The notes: generated from the sequence alone by a model not told the origin. A DNA stretch of 48,933 nucleotides from a virus (IMGVR_UViG_3300011336_000175:1-48933); one strand, 5' to 3'. Shown: positions 1-9,750, counted from the stretch's first letter. Made by a program: numbers and translations.

Positions 1-517
1 CGTTTTCCAACGATGTTTCATTCAAGTCAGCAGCGGTAGATGGAGTGTTACTGTTAGTACCACCAGACACCAAGGGGTGAGCAGTAGAGCAAAGCACCAC
101 GCCGTCGCCGTATGTTGGGCCACCGCTAAAAGCGTTGTTCAACACATAAGCAGCTTTAACTTGCTTGGTGTAAGCCATACCACGGGCCAAAGCCTTGGTA
201 TAACGTGAAGACAGGCTGTCGTACAAGTTATCTTCCACAGCTTCCTCTGTGATGGAGAAGCCCATCGCAATGGTTTCGTGGACATAACGTGCAGTCCATG
301 CTTCCTGTGCATTGTCATAAGCGATGGCAGAACCCTCGTTTTTGACTGGTGCAGCAGAGAAACCTGACAGTTTTGTCTCTTCTTCAAAGCTACGCTCAGA
401 TGTTTCTGTTTCGTAGATCTCTTTGTGCTCTTCGCCGTATTTAGCATACTCTAAGCCAAACAAAGCATTCAAGCCGGGGAGCAACTCTTTAAGTAGCTGT
501 GCGCGTGAAATAGCCAT
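1..517 (-). CDS. Major capsid protein (3' truncated by window edge)
   Basis: Not in the ORF track. ATG at 517 with AAGGAG RBS; reads MAISRAQLLKELLPGLNALFGLEYAKYGEEHKEIYETETSERSFEEETKLSGF..., open to the window edge. Typical phage MCP N-terminus, downstream of portal and scaffold. Confidence 0.88.
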   Translation of the reverse strand, partial: MAISRAQLLKELLPGLNALFGLEYAKYGEEHKEIYETETSERSFEEETKLSGFSAAPVKNEGSAIAYDNAQEAWTARYVHETIAMGFSITEEAVEDNLYDSLSSRYTKALARGMAYTKQVKAAYVLNNAFSGGPTYGDGVVLCSTAHPLVSGGTNSNTPSTAADLNETSLEN

Positions 518-527
518 TTGTTACTCC

Positions 528-1142
528 TTAAACACCAGTGGTGTTGTTGTACTGCGCTGTGTTGATCTTTACGATGAACTCGTAATAGGTCGTAGCGGCA
601 GTTGTTGCAGGGCCAGTGGCTGTGTCAGGTACGACATCAATCACACGAATAGGCAATGTATTAGTGGTGTTGGCGGAAGAACCGTCAATACCGTAGTACG
701 AATCACCTGTAGTTGTAGAACCAACGTTAGCAACCAAAGCCACGTTAGAACCAACAATGCTACGAGCATAAGCCGTAGGAGTGGTGGAACCAGCGACAGT
801 AGCGCAAACACGGAACGCTGCACTAGGATCATCCACAACAAAAGCCAAAGCCATGTTTGTTGAAGTTGAAGTAGAAGCAGGGTAGTTCTGTGCGAACGTA
901 GGCTGACTCAAAGAGTTGATGTAAGAACAACCAACCAACACGCCAACGATCTTACCGGAATCGGTAGTATTCGCTGCAACGATGTAACCGCTTGTGTCCA
1001 CTTGCACGGTGTCACCGTTCAAGATTGCAGTAGCGTAGGAAGGTGCGATTGGGATTTGACGGATCGCTCCGGCGTAGGGTAGACCATCCAGTCGGTTGAC
1101 TGGCTTGAAACCATACGTCTTATCAATCGTGGGATATGCCAT
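528..1142 (-). CDS. Capsid-associated (decoration/cement-like) protein
   Basis: 204 aa beta-rich, Thr/Ala/Gly-rich ORF immediately upstream of MCP, GGAG RBS. Confidence 0.6.
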   Translation of the reverse strand: MAYPTIDKTYGFKPVNRLDGLPYAGAIRQIPIAPSYATAILNGDTVQVDTSGYIVAANTTDSGKIVGVLVGCSYINSLSQPTFAQNYPASTSTSTNMALAFVVDDPSAAFRVCATVAGSTTPTAYARSIVGSNVALVANVGSTTTGDSYYGIDGSSANTTNTLPIRVIDVVPDTATGPATTAATTYYEFIVKINTAQYNNTTGV

Positions 1143-1159
1143 TTAAGACTCCAAGAAGA

Positions 1160-1618
1160 TTAAAGACCTTTTCCGAAAGTGACTGTGGACTTACGTTCTT
1201 TGAACATAGGCATCCGTGGGTCATTTTCGCGCATGTAAGTATTATCTACTGAGGCCATTTGAGCTTCCGACTGTTGCCGGTAGTACTCATTTCGCTGTTC
1301 AGTAAACTCTACTGGGGTTTTGCAAAGTAATAAACCACCTACTTCTACGCTATCTGGAAACTGTGCGTTGCCGCTAGATCCAAACAAACGGATTTCAGGA
1401 TGGTCAGAAGCCTTTACAGGTTCCCAGCCTTCACGCAGTTTTGAAGAGATGTTGGTAGCGTCTGCCTTATTCAAGGAACTAACACGGATCCAACGGAAAG
1501 CATAGCCCGGCTCTGGATGAGGATCAGGCAAAAGCTGGGGCGGCATCCAATGTTTTGGACGGGCAACAGCCTCACGGCTTTCAGTATCACGCTTAGCACG
1601 AGTTTGAGTTTCAGACAT
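1160..1618 (-). CDS. Conserved head-module protein, function unknown
   Basis: ORF 1160..1627, likely start MSETQ at 1618; motifs GYAFRWIR, LREGWEPV, VGGLLLCK typical of the gene between scaffold and capsid in this phage type. Confidence 0.7.
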   Translation of the reverse strand: MSETQTRAKRDTESREAVARPKHWMPPQLLPDPHPEPGYAFRWIRVSSLNKADATNISSKLREGWEPVKASDHPEIRLFGSSGNAQFPDSVEVGGLLLCKTPVEFTEQRNEYYRQQSEAQMASVDNTYMRENDPRMPMFKERKSTVTFGKGL

Positions 1619-1619
1619 A

Positions 1620-2558
1620 TCAATCACCTTTTCTTAATTCTGCAATTTTTTGAGCCATGAGTTCGTGGGATACACCGAACTTTTTAGCCATCGTTACCTG
1701 AAATGGAGTGAGCCGGATCTTGGAAGATGAGGTGCTCCGTGTCGCAGGTGCGACGACATTCGATTTTTGACGAGGAGCGGATTGACTCGATTGAGTTTCC
1801 GGTTCGTTGCTGTCCAGACCGAAGTTCTCTGGAAACACTTGGCGAATTCGCGAATTAAGTCGCGCATAATATTCGTCGGAGTTAGGGTCAATGCCATTCT
1901 TAATGAGCTTGGTATGCAAGCCCAGAGCAAAGCTGGTCATTTCATCATCGCTACCGAACCAAGAATTCTCGCTTTGCCATCTAGCAGCTTTAGGGTCTGC
2001 TTGCGGTTGACGAGGGACTTCCCTAGGTGCGATTTTTACTTCATTTTCTTCTTTTTGTAAAGCGGGTTTGAAATTATTTACTCGCTCCATTTTAATTTTG
2101 GCAGAAGTTAATGACTCTTGAGCCTCAACTAAAGCATCAGAATCACCTGATTCGTAGGCATTTTTATAACGCCTTTTAGCTTCTTCAACCTCATTAGATA
2201 CTACTTTTTTAGCCTGCTCTAATAATGCTGACTGCCCCTCAGATAATGAACCTTTGAGTTTTTTATTCTCTTCGGCCACTGATTGGGCAAAAGCAATAGC
2301 CTCTTCCCGCTCACGAGTTGCTTCTTCAGCACGGCGACGCTCAGTATGAAAGCCAGACTGAAGGTCAGCAATACGCTTCTTAACCTTCTCATCATACTTT
2401 TCAATCTCATCGTCTTCGCTATAGCTAGTACTTTTGGATTCTTTTTTAGCTGGCGCAGAGGTCTCAATTACAACATCTACCCCGCCATCATCCTCAACAT
2501 CAGGTTTTTTCTTCTCTTCATCAGGGAAAGAAAATTCATCTTTATTAAGATTTTCCAT
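1620..2558 (-). CDS. Head scaffolding protein (putative)
   Basis: 312 aa, acidic N-terminus, long coiled coil, located between portal and capsid. Confidence 0.65.
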   Translation of the reverse strand: MENLNKDEFSFPDEEKKKPDVEDDGGVDVVIETSAPAKKESKSTSYSEDDEIEKYDEKVKKRIADLQSGFHTERRRAEEATREREEAIAFAQSVAEENKKLKGSLSEGQSALLEQAKKVVSNEVEEAKRRYKNAYESGDSDALVEAQESLTSAKIKMERVNNFKPALQKEENEVKIAPREVPRQPQADPKAARWQSENSWFGSDDEMTSFALGLHTKLIKNGIDPNSDEYYARLNSRIRQVFPENFGLDSNEPETQSSQSAPRQKSNVVAPATRSTSSSKIRLTPFQVTMAKKFGVSHELMAQKIAELRKGD

Positions 2559-2568
2559 AGACTACTCC

Positions 2569-2976
2569 TTAATAGTTAGGTCGCTGAATTCCACGGGGAT
2601 CCTGAACCACTGCTTCAACGCTATCGTCGTTAATCAGTCGCCACTCGGTACCGTGTATTTTCATTCGCGTCCCAGTATTAGGTCGCGTAATGATGAAGTC
2701 TCCAACTTTGCATGAAGCCCCTGAAGGAAATCGCTTTTCGTCTTTAAAAGCATCTGGGCCAATCTTGGCCACAAACAAGACGGGAGAAAGTAATTCTTCA
2801 TGTTGCATTGCAGTGGAAGACTTTAAAATGCCAGTTTCGCTATATTCATCTTCTGCTTTTGGGAGCATGCAAAGTATGTGATAAGTAGCGGGATCGGGCA
2901 CTTGTCGTGCTTTTTCTTCTGGGTTCTTATTTAAAAGGCCAGATAGGTCAACAGCAGACACATCAAATTCACTCAT
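2569..2976 (-). CDS. GroES/Cpn10-like co-chaperonin
   Basis: P..YHILC...ETGIL...VAKIGPDA...CKVGDFII...GTRMKIHGTEWRLINDDSVEAVV matches the GroES pattern; start 2976 or 2985. Confidence 0.8.
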   Translation of the reverse strand: MSEFDVSAVDLSGLLNKNPEEKARQVPDPATYHILCMLPKAEDEYSETGILKSSTAMQHEELLSPVLFVAKIGPDAFKDEKRFPSGASCKVGDFIITRPNTGTRMKIHGTEWRLINDDSVEAVVQDPRGIQRPNY

Positions 2977-3166
2977 CGTCATCATCCTTAATTTTTCTTA
3001 AAAGGTCATTCAACTCAAACTGCGCGGTTCGTAGACCCTTGATTACTCCGCACATTCCCTTGTAATCAGCGTAGTCTTTAGCTACGCCGTCACACAAAGA
3101 CCCAGTTACATCTTGAACCCGCTCATTAATTTTTTGGTTCAAAACTTCGAATATCTTCAATTCCAT
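2969..3166 (-). CDS. Hypothetical protein
   Basis: 65 aa helical ORF with GAGG RBS; occupies the usual position between portal and GroES-like genes. Confidence 0.65.
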   Translation of the reverse strand: MELKIFEVLNQKINERVQDVTGSLCDGVAKDYADYKGMCGVIKGLRTAQFELNDLLRKIKDDDDE

Positions 3167-3911
3167 GATGCACCTCTATTGGTTTAAAAGTAGTAATGTC
3201 GTAGTTGGCCGACTTACACCATACTCGTGCAAAGTTACAATCCATCCTTAATGGACACGCTTCGCACTTAGCATTCTTTGTACTAATGTTGTTTCCGTGG
3301 TTTCGGTATAAATACAACACTTTAGGTAATCGCGCCGCAGGAAACTTCTCAACAATTTGCATAAACAAATCGCCATCTGCACAGCCATTAGTACTAGCCA
3401 ACTTCTCGTTGTAACCTTGGATGTGCTCCATTACATCTGAGCGGTACATTCCAAAATGCCGCCACCCATGTTGATGTAATTTATTGGGATCAAATGTAGG
3501 ACTTGGGGAATAGTGCTCGACTTCACCCTTCTTACCTATCTGGGCAAAGTCTGAGTAAATGAACTTAACGTCTGGTAGCTGGTCAAAAGCCAGCATCATC
3601 TCTTCAATGGCATACCTTTCAAGCATGTCATCGCTGTCAAAATGAGCATAAAAGTCCCCTTTTGCAAGCCCAGAAAGCTTCAACATTGTGCTGTTATAGC
3701 CAATATTTACCCCATTTTTGTGGACTTTTATGCGTTTATCGCCCTTAGATAAGACTTCCGCTAGCTCCCAAGTACCATCATCAGACCCATCATCAAGAAT
3801 TATCAGTTCCCAATTCTTATAAGTCTGTTTTTTTGCGCTATCTATAGCGTTTTTGATGTAAGCCACGTTGTTATACGCAGCCATTAGTAGGGATACTAGC
3901 GGTTTAGTCAT
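3126..3911 (-). CDS. Glycosyltransferase family 2 (GT-A fold)
   Basis: PLVSLLMAAYN, QTYKNWELIILDDGSDDGT, DxD motif FDSDD, LYLYRNH. Confidence 0.93.
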   Translation of the reverse strand: MTKPLVSLLMAAYNNVAYIKNAIDSAKKQTYKNWELIILDDGSDDGTWELAEVLSKGDKRIKVHKNGVNIGYNSTMLKLSGLAKGDFYAHFDSDDMLERYAIEEMMLAFDQLPDVKFIYSDFAQIGKKGEVEHYSPSPTFDPNKLHQHGWRHFGMYRSDVMEHIQGYNEKLASTNGCADGDLFMQIVEKFPAARLPKVLYLYRNHGNNISTKNAKCEACPLRMDCNFARVWCKSANYDITTFKPIEVHHGIEDIRSFEPKN

Positions 3912-6278
3912 TTAGCCTCGCGTCATTTTGGTAATAACATCAGCTTTAAGCTTCTGTTCGTTCTGTTTCTGCTGGGATTGCAGTCTCATAGCCTCTCTTT
4001 GGCTCTCAGCCTTGATCCTTTCAGCATCAATGGCCAATCTAGCCTGCGCTAAAGCCATATCAGCTTGATCTTTTGCAGTTTTACGCTTAACTTCCTCCGC
4101 TTTGATCTGCAATTCAGCCTGTTGCATCTGAATAAGCGGGTCTTGCGCCTGTTGTTGAGCCTGTTGCTGCTGAGCTTGAGCCATATTGGTCTGTAAAAGC
4201 TGGGCACTTGCCTCGGCGATGAGCTTTGACAACTGAACTTCCACATCTTCTGGCAGTTTTTGGTCTGGTGGAGGAAGTGGAACACCCATTTGCTCTTCAA
4301 TCTTGCGTCTGTACAAGAATCCAAGGTGTTCAGCAATGTGTGCTTGGATAGCAGCCATCATTTGCTGAGCCATAGGGTTCTGTCCCATTGTTGCAGCAAT
4401 CATTGGATCCTTCATAAAGGTCGTATGAGCCGCAATGTGAGCATCTTGGTCTTGATAAATGAACGCTTTAGTAGGTTCACCCTTCAAGAACGCCATGTTC
4501 TCAGAGATAGGATCTCTTGGTTGTTCATCATCTGGTGTTGGGACTAACTTCTCACCATTCTTAATACCCAAAACCTCAATCATTTGACGATGTAGGTTAG
4601 GTAAGTTGTAGATCTGTGGAGCTTGTTGAGCCATTTGCATCACAGCTTGGTACTGCATGATGCGCTGAGCCATAGTAGAGCTATTAGGATCAGATACAGG
4701 AATGACATCCACCATGTCATAGTCTTCCTGCTTAGCCATTCTCGTACCAGAGGTAGGTTCGTACTCATACTCTGTAGGAGCGTAGTCACGAATAATCGCT
4801 TTGAGGATCTTGAACTCTTGCTTCATAGAGTAGTGAACCCGTGCCTGCACAGCAGACATGGTTTTCAACTGACGCTCTAACAAAGCTAACGTAGTTCCCA
4901 CTGGCGCATTAGCAGACATATCACTGACGTTCATATCAGCAATAGATCCCAAACGCCTACCCTCTTCAGTGACCTTATCTAACAACATAGACAAGACTTG
5001 TGATGGCTCCTTATAAGGAAGCATCATTATGTTGTCTTTGATAGATCCACTAGGTACGTCTACATCCCTGAACTCACCGGGAGCAATAGGAGTATCGTCA
5101 CCTTTTACTCGTAAACCTCTAGATTTAAGACCACCGGGCAGATTACTTAATGTGCCAGCATCAATGAGTTGCCTAATAAGAGATGTACCGGCTCGGGCAT
5201 AACCACCAATAAGATGTATGAAGCCAAAGCCATAAGCACCAAAGCCGGGTACATAATCGTACTGAACAAAGTGCTGACGTTTAAGGCGCTTCTTATCTTT
5301 CTCATCCCAGTTCCTGTAAATAGACAGAACCTTATTAGTCCCAACATCAATCGTGATGATGTAAGGTAAAGCAATACCGTCTTCATCTTCATAGCCCGGT
5401 AAATCATAGTCAACTTGGATTTCATAAATTTGGTAGCGGTCGTCATCAGTTACTGAGTAACCCTGCTCATCCGCTTTTTTCTTTTCTACGTCAGTGTGTA
5501 AGTTACTAGGTTCTCCAAGATCTACATCACTGTAGAAACCTGCAACCTGTAACTTTTTAAGTTCATTCTTAGACTTACGCATGATGTGCGTAACTCTCTC
5601 AGCAGTCCTAGAACTACTAGAGCCATAAGGAATAATCACATCTTCAGCCGGAACGTAAACAGAAGTTTGACGGCCAAGGCTAGGATCGTAGTAAACTTTC
5701 TTAAAAGCTGATCCTGCTAATCCAAGATTAAACAACATTCTCTCGTGCTCAGGACGATACTCAGGCATCTCTTCCGTGAGTTTATAGTTCATGTCCTCCT
5801 GAACTCGCGCAGCCGCTTCAGTTTTAAGTCGGTCAATTGCACCAATAATTTCAGTTTTGACTGGCCCCGCCGCTGGGAACGTTTCAATAATCGTTTCACT
5901 CTGGAACCGAACCGCAGCTTCTGTAAGGATCGTAGAGAAAACTCCACAAGCGCCATTCCACGGCTCAGTACGTTCTTCATACTTCATCCCCAAAACATCG
6001 AGACCCTTAACGTACATCTCCACCCAGTCTTTACGAGATGTCACATCACTAGACACCTCTTCTACCAGATCAGAGCCAATCGTAGCTAGAGTTCCTTCAT
6101 CAATGAACTCAGCCAAGTTGTCGTCAAACTCGTCTCCCCCACCAGTAGGAGGAGTCAAATCAATCTCAATCCCGTCTATCTCAATAGACATAGACTTTGG
6201 ATCTTCAACTTCAATTTCAATTTCTGGGCCTTGTAAGGCATCTATGCCTTGTGGCATTTCGTATAAAGATTTTTCCAT
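3912..6278 (-). CDS. Portal protein
   Basis: 788 aa directly after TerL; LAGSAFKKVYYD, Q-rich coiled-coil C-terminus as in P22-like portals. Confidence 0.88.
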   Translation of the reverse strand: MEKSLYEMPQGIDALQGPEIEIEVEDPKSMSIEIDGIEIDLTPPTGGGDEFDDNLAEFIDEGTLATIGSDLVEEVSSDVTSRKDWVEMYVKGLDVLGMKYEERTEPWNGACGVFSTILTEAAVRFQSETIIETFPAAGPVKTEIIGAIDRLKTEAAARVQEDMNYKLTEEMPEYRPEHERMLFNLGLAGSAFKKVYYDPSLGRQTSVYVPAEDVIIPYGSSSSRTAERVTHIMRKSKNELKKLQVAGFYSDVDLGEPSNLHTDVEKKKADEQGYSVTDDDRYQIYEIQVDYDLPGYEDEDGIALPYIITIDVGTNKVLSIYRNWDEKDKKRLKRQHFVQYDYVPGFGAYGFGFIHLIGGYARAGTSLIRQLIDAGTLSNLPGGLKSRGLRVKGDDTPIAPGEFRDVDVPSGSIKDNIMMLPYKEPSQVLSMLLDKVTEEGRRLGSIADMNVSDMSANAPVGTTLALLERQLKTMSAVQARVHYSMKQEFKILKAIIRDYAPTEYEYEPTSGTRMAKQEDYDMVDVIPVSDPNSSTMAQRIMQYQAVMQMAQQAPQIYNLPNLHRQMIEVLGIKNGEKLVPTPDDEQPRDPISENMAFLKGEPTKAFIYQDQDAHIAAHTTFMKDPMIAATMGQNPMAQQMMAAIQAHIAEHLGFLYRRKIEEQMGVPLPPPDQKLPEDVEVQLSKLIAEASAQLLQTNMAQAQQQQAQQQAQDPLIQMQQAELQIKAEEVKRKTAKDQADMALAQARLAIDAERIKAESQREAMRLQSQQKQNEQKLKADVITKMTRG

Positions 6279-6285
6279 GAGAGCC

Positions 6286-7776
6286 TCAATAGTAAACGTG
6301 CTTCTTTCTGAAGCCGATTAGATCTTCACGCTCGTCTGAATCAAGCCGCAAAAATCCACCTTGTCTGAAACGAATCAGAGCTTGTACACAGGCATCAACC
6401 AAGTCATCATGGTCAGCATTCGGAAACGCAGCCATCTGCTCGATTAACTCGTGCGCCCACCTCGTGTCAGGTGCCCATACTTTACCCGACTTGAACAAAT
6501 CAGTCACCGAGTTTAGACGCACAAATTTATCATTGCCTCTAGACGGCGTGTATTCACTAACAACAATCCCCATCCGTCGGAGTTCAAAAATTAACGGAGC
6601 GCCAGCAGCTTTAGCTTCCACAACAAAAGCATCCGGCTCCCAATCTTTATAGTGGTTAAACGCTTTCTCCTTGAGTTCAGGAAACTCCATCCTCTTTTGG
6701 AAAGCATCTAACAAAATAATATTAATGTCCTCTGGGTTCTCATTTAAGTGAAACACCCCAAGGGTCACGCAGGCGGAATAGTCTGATCTCTCATTCTTAG
6801 TAAAAGCCGTATCCCAACTCTGAATGATAAATTCACACCTAGGAGGATCTTCCTTCTCCCAAATCTTCCACCACTCCCTCTTAACTAAAGCACCCTCTTC
6901 TCCCGTAGGGTTCTGCTGATACTGGGCATTCCACTTACTAGGAGGCAACTCATCTCTTAGCGCCGAGAGTTCTTCTAAACTCCAGAACTCTGGCCATAAG
7001 GGATTACCACTAGGCATAATCGCGGGGAGTTCAATCACCTCCCACTCTTCACCCTTATCCCTACTTGCTGCATCCTTGATGATCCTACCAGTCAGGTCTT
7101 TCTCCGACCAACGGGTCATCACGACAACAATAGTACCTCCCGGCTGTAAACGCTGTCTAGGCCCAGATGTATACCATTCATAAATCTTATCAAAGACCGT
7201 AGGATCCCCTTGAGCTAAAGCCGCTTCCTGTTCAGAGTGAGGATCGTCAATGATTAAAAGATCCGCACCTTTTCCGGTAACAGTTCCTCCCACACCAATA
7301 GCGAAGTACTCTCCGCCCCCGTTAGTAGCCCATCTACCGGCTGCTTTACTGTCCTGTCTCAAAGATACATTAGGAAAGATCTTTGCGTACTGCTCACTGT
7401 CTACTAAGTTACGAACCTTACGGCCAAAGCCAACAGCGAGATCAGCCGTGTTAGAACATTGAATCACTTTCTTATTAGGGAACTTTCCAAGGAACCACGA
7501 CGGGAGCAGGTACGAAGCAAACTCAGACTTAGTATGCCGAGGAGCCATGTTAATAATTAATCTCTTAATCTTCCCATTAGCTACATCCTCAAACTTCTTA
7601 GCCATGAGAGAGTGGTGCCTTCCCGAAACAAAACCCGGCCACATCGTCTTAATATAGTCCATGAAAGATTCCTGCGCCTTCTCCCGAACAAGCGCACCCT
7701 TGTACTCTTCCACCTCCGCTAAGAACAAATCCCGCTCGTTCTCCGGCAAACTATCAATCAACTGTTCCAGCTTCAT
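6286..7776 (-). CDS. terL: Terminase large subunit
   Basis: Walker A-like NMAPRHTKS, Walker B LLIIDDP, motif III VMTRW, RNase H-like QSWDTA, C-terminal HDDLVDA. Confidence 0.95.
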   Translation of the reverse strand: MKLEQLIDSLPENERDLFLAEVEEYKGALVREKAQESFMDYIKTMWPGFVSGRHHSLMAKKFEDVANGKIKRLIINMAPRHTKSEFASYLLPSWFLGKFPNKKVIQCSNTADLAVGFGRKVRNLVDSEQYAKIFPNVSLRQDSKAAGRWATNGGGEYFAIGVGGTVTGKGADLLIIDDPHSEQEAALAQGDPTVFDKIYEWYTSGPRQRLQPGGTIVVVMTRWSEKDLTGRIIKDAASRDKGEEWEVIELPAIMPSGNPLWPEFWSLEELSALRDELPPSKWNAQYQQNPTGEEGALVKREWWKIWEKEDPPRCEFIIQSWDTAFTKNERSDYSACVTLGVFHLNENPEDINIILLDAFQKRMEFPELKEKAFNHYKDWEPDAFVVEAKAAGAPLIFELRRMGIVVSEYTPSRGNDKFVRLNSVTDLFKSGKVWAPDTRWAHELIEQMAAFPNADHDDLVDACVQALIRFRQGGFLRLDSDEREDLIGFRKKHVYY

Positions 7777-7784
7777 GTGTGACT

Positions 7785-8090
7785 TTATTCAAGGTTCCTG
7801 AAGTTAATATAAACAGGTCTAATCGTCCTGCCTTGTTTATCAACCTTCTTTATAACACCTATATTCACAAGCCGCTTAATTATTTTTGAAGTATTTGACA
7901 TGCTCATCTTTCCACGCTGGTGAGCTATATCCCTAAGAGAGGGGCTGAACCCGTACCTCTTCCACCACTCATCAATAATCAAAAACACTTCCTTCTGTAC
8001 CGGTGTCATATCCAACTCCATACATTCTTCAAACGTCTTGTCGCTCTTACGAGCCGTCATCTTCTTGTTAATTTGGACTCTAGAAATCAT
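7785..8090 (-). CDS. LexA-type winged-HTH DNA-binding protein (no peptidase domain)
   Basis: MTPVQKEVFLII...YGFSPSLRDIA...SNTSKIIKRLVNIGVI resembles the LexA N-terminal domain; start uncertain. Confidence 0.75.
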   Translation of the reverse strand: MISRVQINKKMTARKSDKTFEECMELDMTPVQKEVFLIIDEWWKRYGFSPSLRDIAHQRGKMSMSNTSKIIKRLVNIGVIKKVDKQGRTIRPVYINFRNLE

Positions 8091-8186
8091 TTATCATTTC
8101 TGCGTAGAAATCATTAATCATTTCTAGACCCCAGAAATGAGAAAAAATTCTAGAAAAATTTTTGTAGAAATCATTAATCATTTCTA
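8081..8186. repeat. Three copies of a 22-bp quasi-palindrome TAGAAATCATTWATCATTTCTA
   Basis: Copies at 8081-8102, 8105-8126 and 8165-8186; further copies at 8980-9001, 21563-21584 and 28821-28842. Confidence 0.9.
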
Positions 8187-8899
8187 CCCGGGGTGTCTTC
8201 CCTGAACGCATGGGTGGGTATGCTGCCAGAAACTTTTTCTAGGGGTGGGGGATTCGATTCTTGTTGGGTTGATTCGGGTGGAATAGTATGTAATAGACTC
8301 TGGGACTCCGACTGGCTGGTTGGGGGGGTCGGGGCGGGGTGGGTCTCGCCCGCTAGCTCGCGCAAAAGGGTGTCGGCCTCCACGAATGTCGCATCCTCCG
8401 CGCCCGCATTGAGCATCTCCCGCAGTTGCCCCATGATCTTGGCCTTGGTGTCCTCGCTTGAGCGTATGGTTCTGATCTCCTTACGCTCAGTGAAAGCCGC
8501 GACCTCTGTCACTGTGCCGAGCACCTTAGCCGCTTGCACTTTGGTGGCTTGTTTTGCCTCTGGGTCAATCACCACTTGGACGAGCGATTGAATGACCAAC
8601 TCCCTCAAAGCCGCAGGGGTGCGATGTTTAGCCGCCTCAATAGCCAGCCTGTAAGCCTCGACCTCTAGAGCTATTCGCGGGTCAGCCGCTAGCTTGTAAG
8701 GCTCAGTCGTGATCGTTGCCCGCGTTGCGTCCTTCTTATGGCTCTGCCTGTATGCGTCTGCCTTCGTCTTACCGAGTGCAAGCCCCTTCGCGAACTCTTG
8801 TTGTTTCCCTGTTAACGCTTTGCCGGAAACGCCTAGAAGCTCTGTCATTGGGACTTGTTCTAGTCCTTCCCTTATCTGCTTTCTGCTTAATGTTTTCAT
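8174..8899 (-). CDS. Terminase small subunit-like protein
   Basis: LTGKQQEFAKGLALGKTKADAYRQS...KLAADPRI resembles the TerS N-terminal HTH; upstream of TerL; start MKTLS at 8899 with GGAG RBS. Confidence 0.65.
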   Translation of the reverse strand: MKTLSRKQIREGLEQVPMTELLGVSGKALTGKQQEFAKGLALGKTKADAYRQSHKKDATRATITTEPYKLAADPRIALEVEAYRLAIEAAKHRTPAALRELVIQSLVQVVIDPEAKQATKVQAAKVLGTVTEVAAFTERKEIRTIRSSEDTKAKIMGQLREMLNAGAEDATFVEADTLLRELAGETHPAPTPPTSQSESQSLLHTIPPESTQQESNPPPLEKVSGSIPTHAFREDTPGRND

Positions 8900-8979
8900 G
8901 TGTGTTCTCTCTCTCCTGTGTTGGGGGAACATGAAGCAAAGCCGTACCGCTTCGCTAGTTCCTGACGGGGCGATTGGAA

Positions 8980-9001
8980 CAGAAATCTTTTATCATTTCT
9001 A
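8980..9001. promoter_or_regulatory. Degenerate copy of the 22-bp palindrome in the divergent intergenic region
   Basis: cagaaatcttttatcatttcta. Confidence 0.6.
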
Positions 9002-9087
9002 GCCCCCTTCTGCTGCTTAAATCTGTAATGCTTTCGGGCTACTTTTGAAACCTTGTTTTTGCTTGTTTTTGTAATACTTTGGATTAC

Positions 9088-9105
9088 TTAGGGAAATCCC
9101 CTAGC
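9088..9105 (+). promoter_or_regulatory. TTAGGGAAANNCCCTAGC operator-like palindrome
   Basis: 16/18 identical to an inverted copy at 20542-20559; both lie upstream of operon starts. Confidence 0.55.
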
Positions 9106-9214
9106 GTTGATTTTAAAGGCTTTTTTCATACATGGCACGATTCTATTATGCTATATATGTGTAAGGCACAATAAATCGTTACAGTGTTTTACACCAACCT
9201 ACAAAGGACTGATA

Positions 9215-9433
9215 ATGCAACTCGAAATGACCCAACCAAGCACAACCTCAACTGTGGCTATCTTCATGCTCAACGACCAACATCGTCTGATCGTCCATAG
9301 AACGACCACCGGACTGACTGTTGACTGCCGAACTTGCTCGCTCTCGGCTACTGCCGCCAAAGCCGTGATCTTTGCCTTCGAGAATGGAATCTTCCGAATG
9401 ATGATCGATGGCGCAAACTTCAAACGAATCTAA
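9215..9433 (+). CDS. Hypothetical early protein
   Basis: ATG 9215 with AAGGA RBS (MQLEMTQ...). Confidence 0.6.
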   Translation: MQLEMTQPSTTSTVAIFMLNDQHRLIVHRTTTGLTVDCRTCSLSATAAKAVIFAFENGIFRMMIDGANFKRI

Positions 9434-9450
9434 ACCCCAAAGGAAAAACC

Positions 9451-9687
9451 ATGACAAACCACCCCGACAAATCTCACTTCTTCGCTTCTTCTGTCTGCAC
9501 TTGGATAACCACCAATGAAAAGCGAGACCTTCGCCAACTCATCAAGCACATGGACAAAGAGGGCAACCCATACAACCTGTTTTTCGTGCCTGTGCCGCAT
9601 GACGCGGATTATGAGATCAGGGTCTATCAGCCGCAGGTTGAAGGCACTCAATGGGCAGGGTTCTTCGAGCCCAAAGCAAAGCGTTAA
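9451..9687 (+). CDS. Hypothetical early protein
   Basis: ATG 9451 with AAGGA RBS (MTNHPDKSHFF...). Confidence 0.7.
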   Translation: MTNHPDKSHFFASSVCTWITTNEKRDLRQLIKHMDKEGNPYNLFFVPVPHDADYEIRVYQPQVEGTQWAGFFEPKAKR

Positions 9688-9693
9688 GACATG

Positions 9694-9722
9694 CCTGAAG
9701 CCCTCCGGTGAGGGCTTTGGGG
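9694..9722 (+). repeat. Intergenic hairpin CCTGAAGCCCT-N5-GAGGGCTTTGGGG, copy 1
   Basis: Second copy at 11118-11146 with the same stem and a different loop. Confidence 0.8.
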
Positions 9723-9750
9723 ATTACTCACCAACCACAAAGGAAAGACT

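Noticed and set aside
9001-9022. Partial match of contiguous unit-1 NN string (CTTCTGCTTAAA) to cttctgctgcttaaa
   Set aside because: Short, needs an insertion, and the rest of the string does not match; consistent with chance
9134-9152. sigma54-like TGGCAC box
   Set aside because: Lacks the TTGC -12 element at the required spacing
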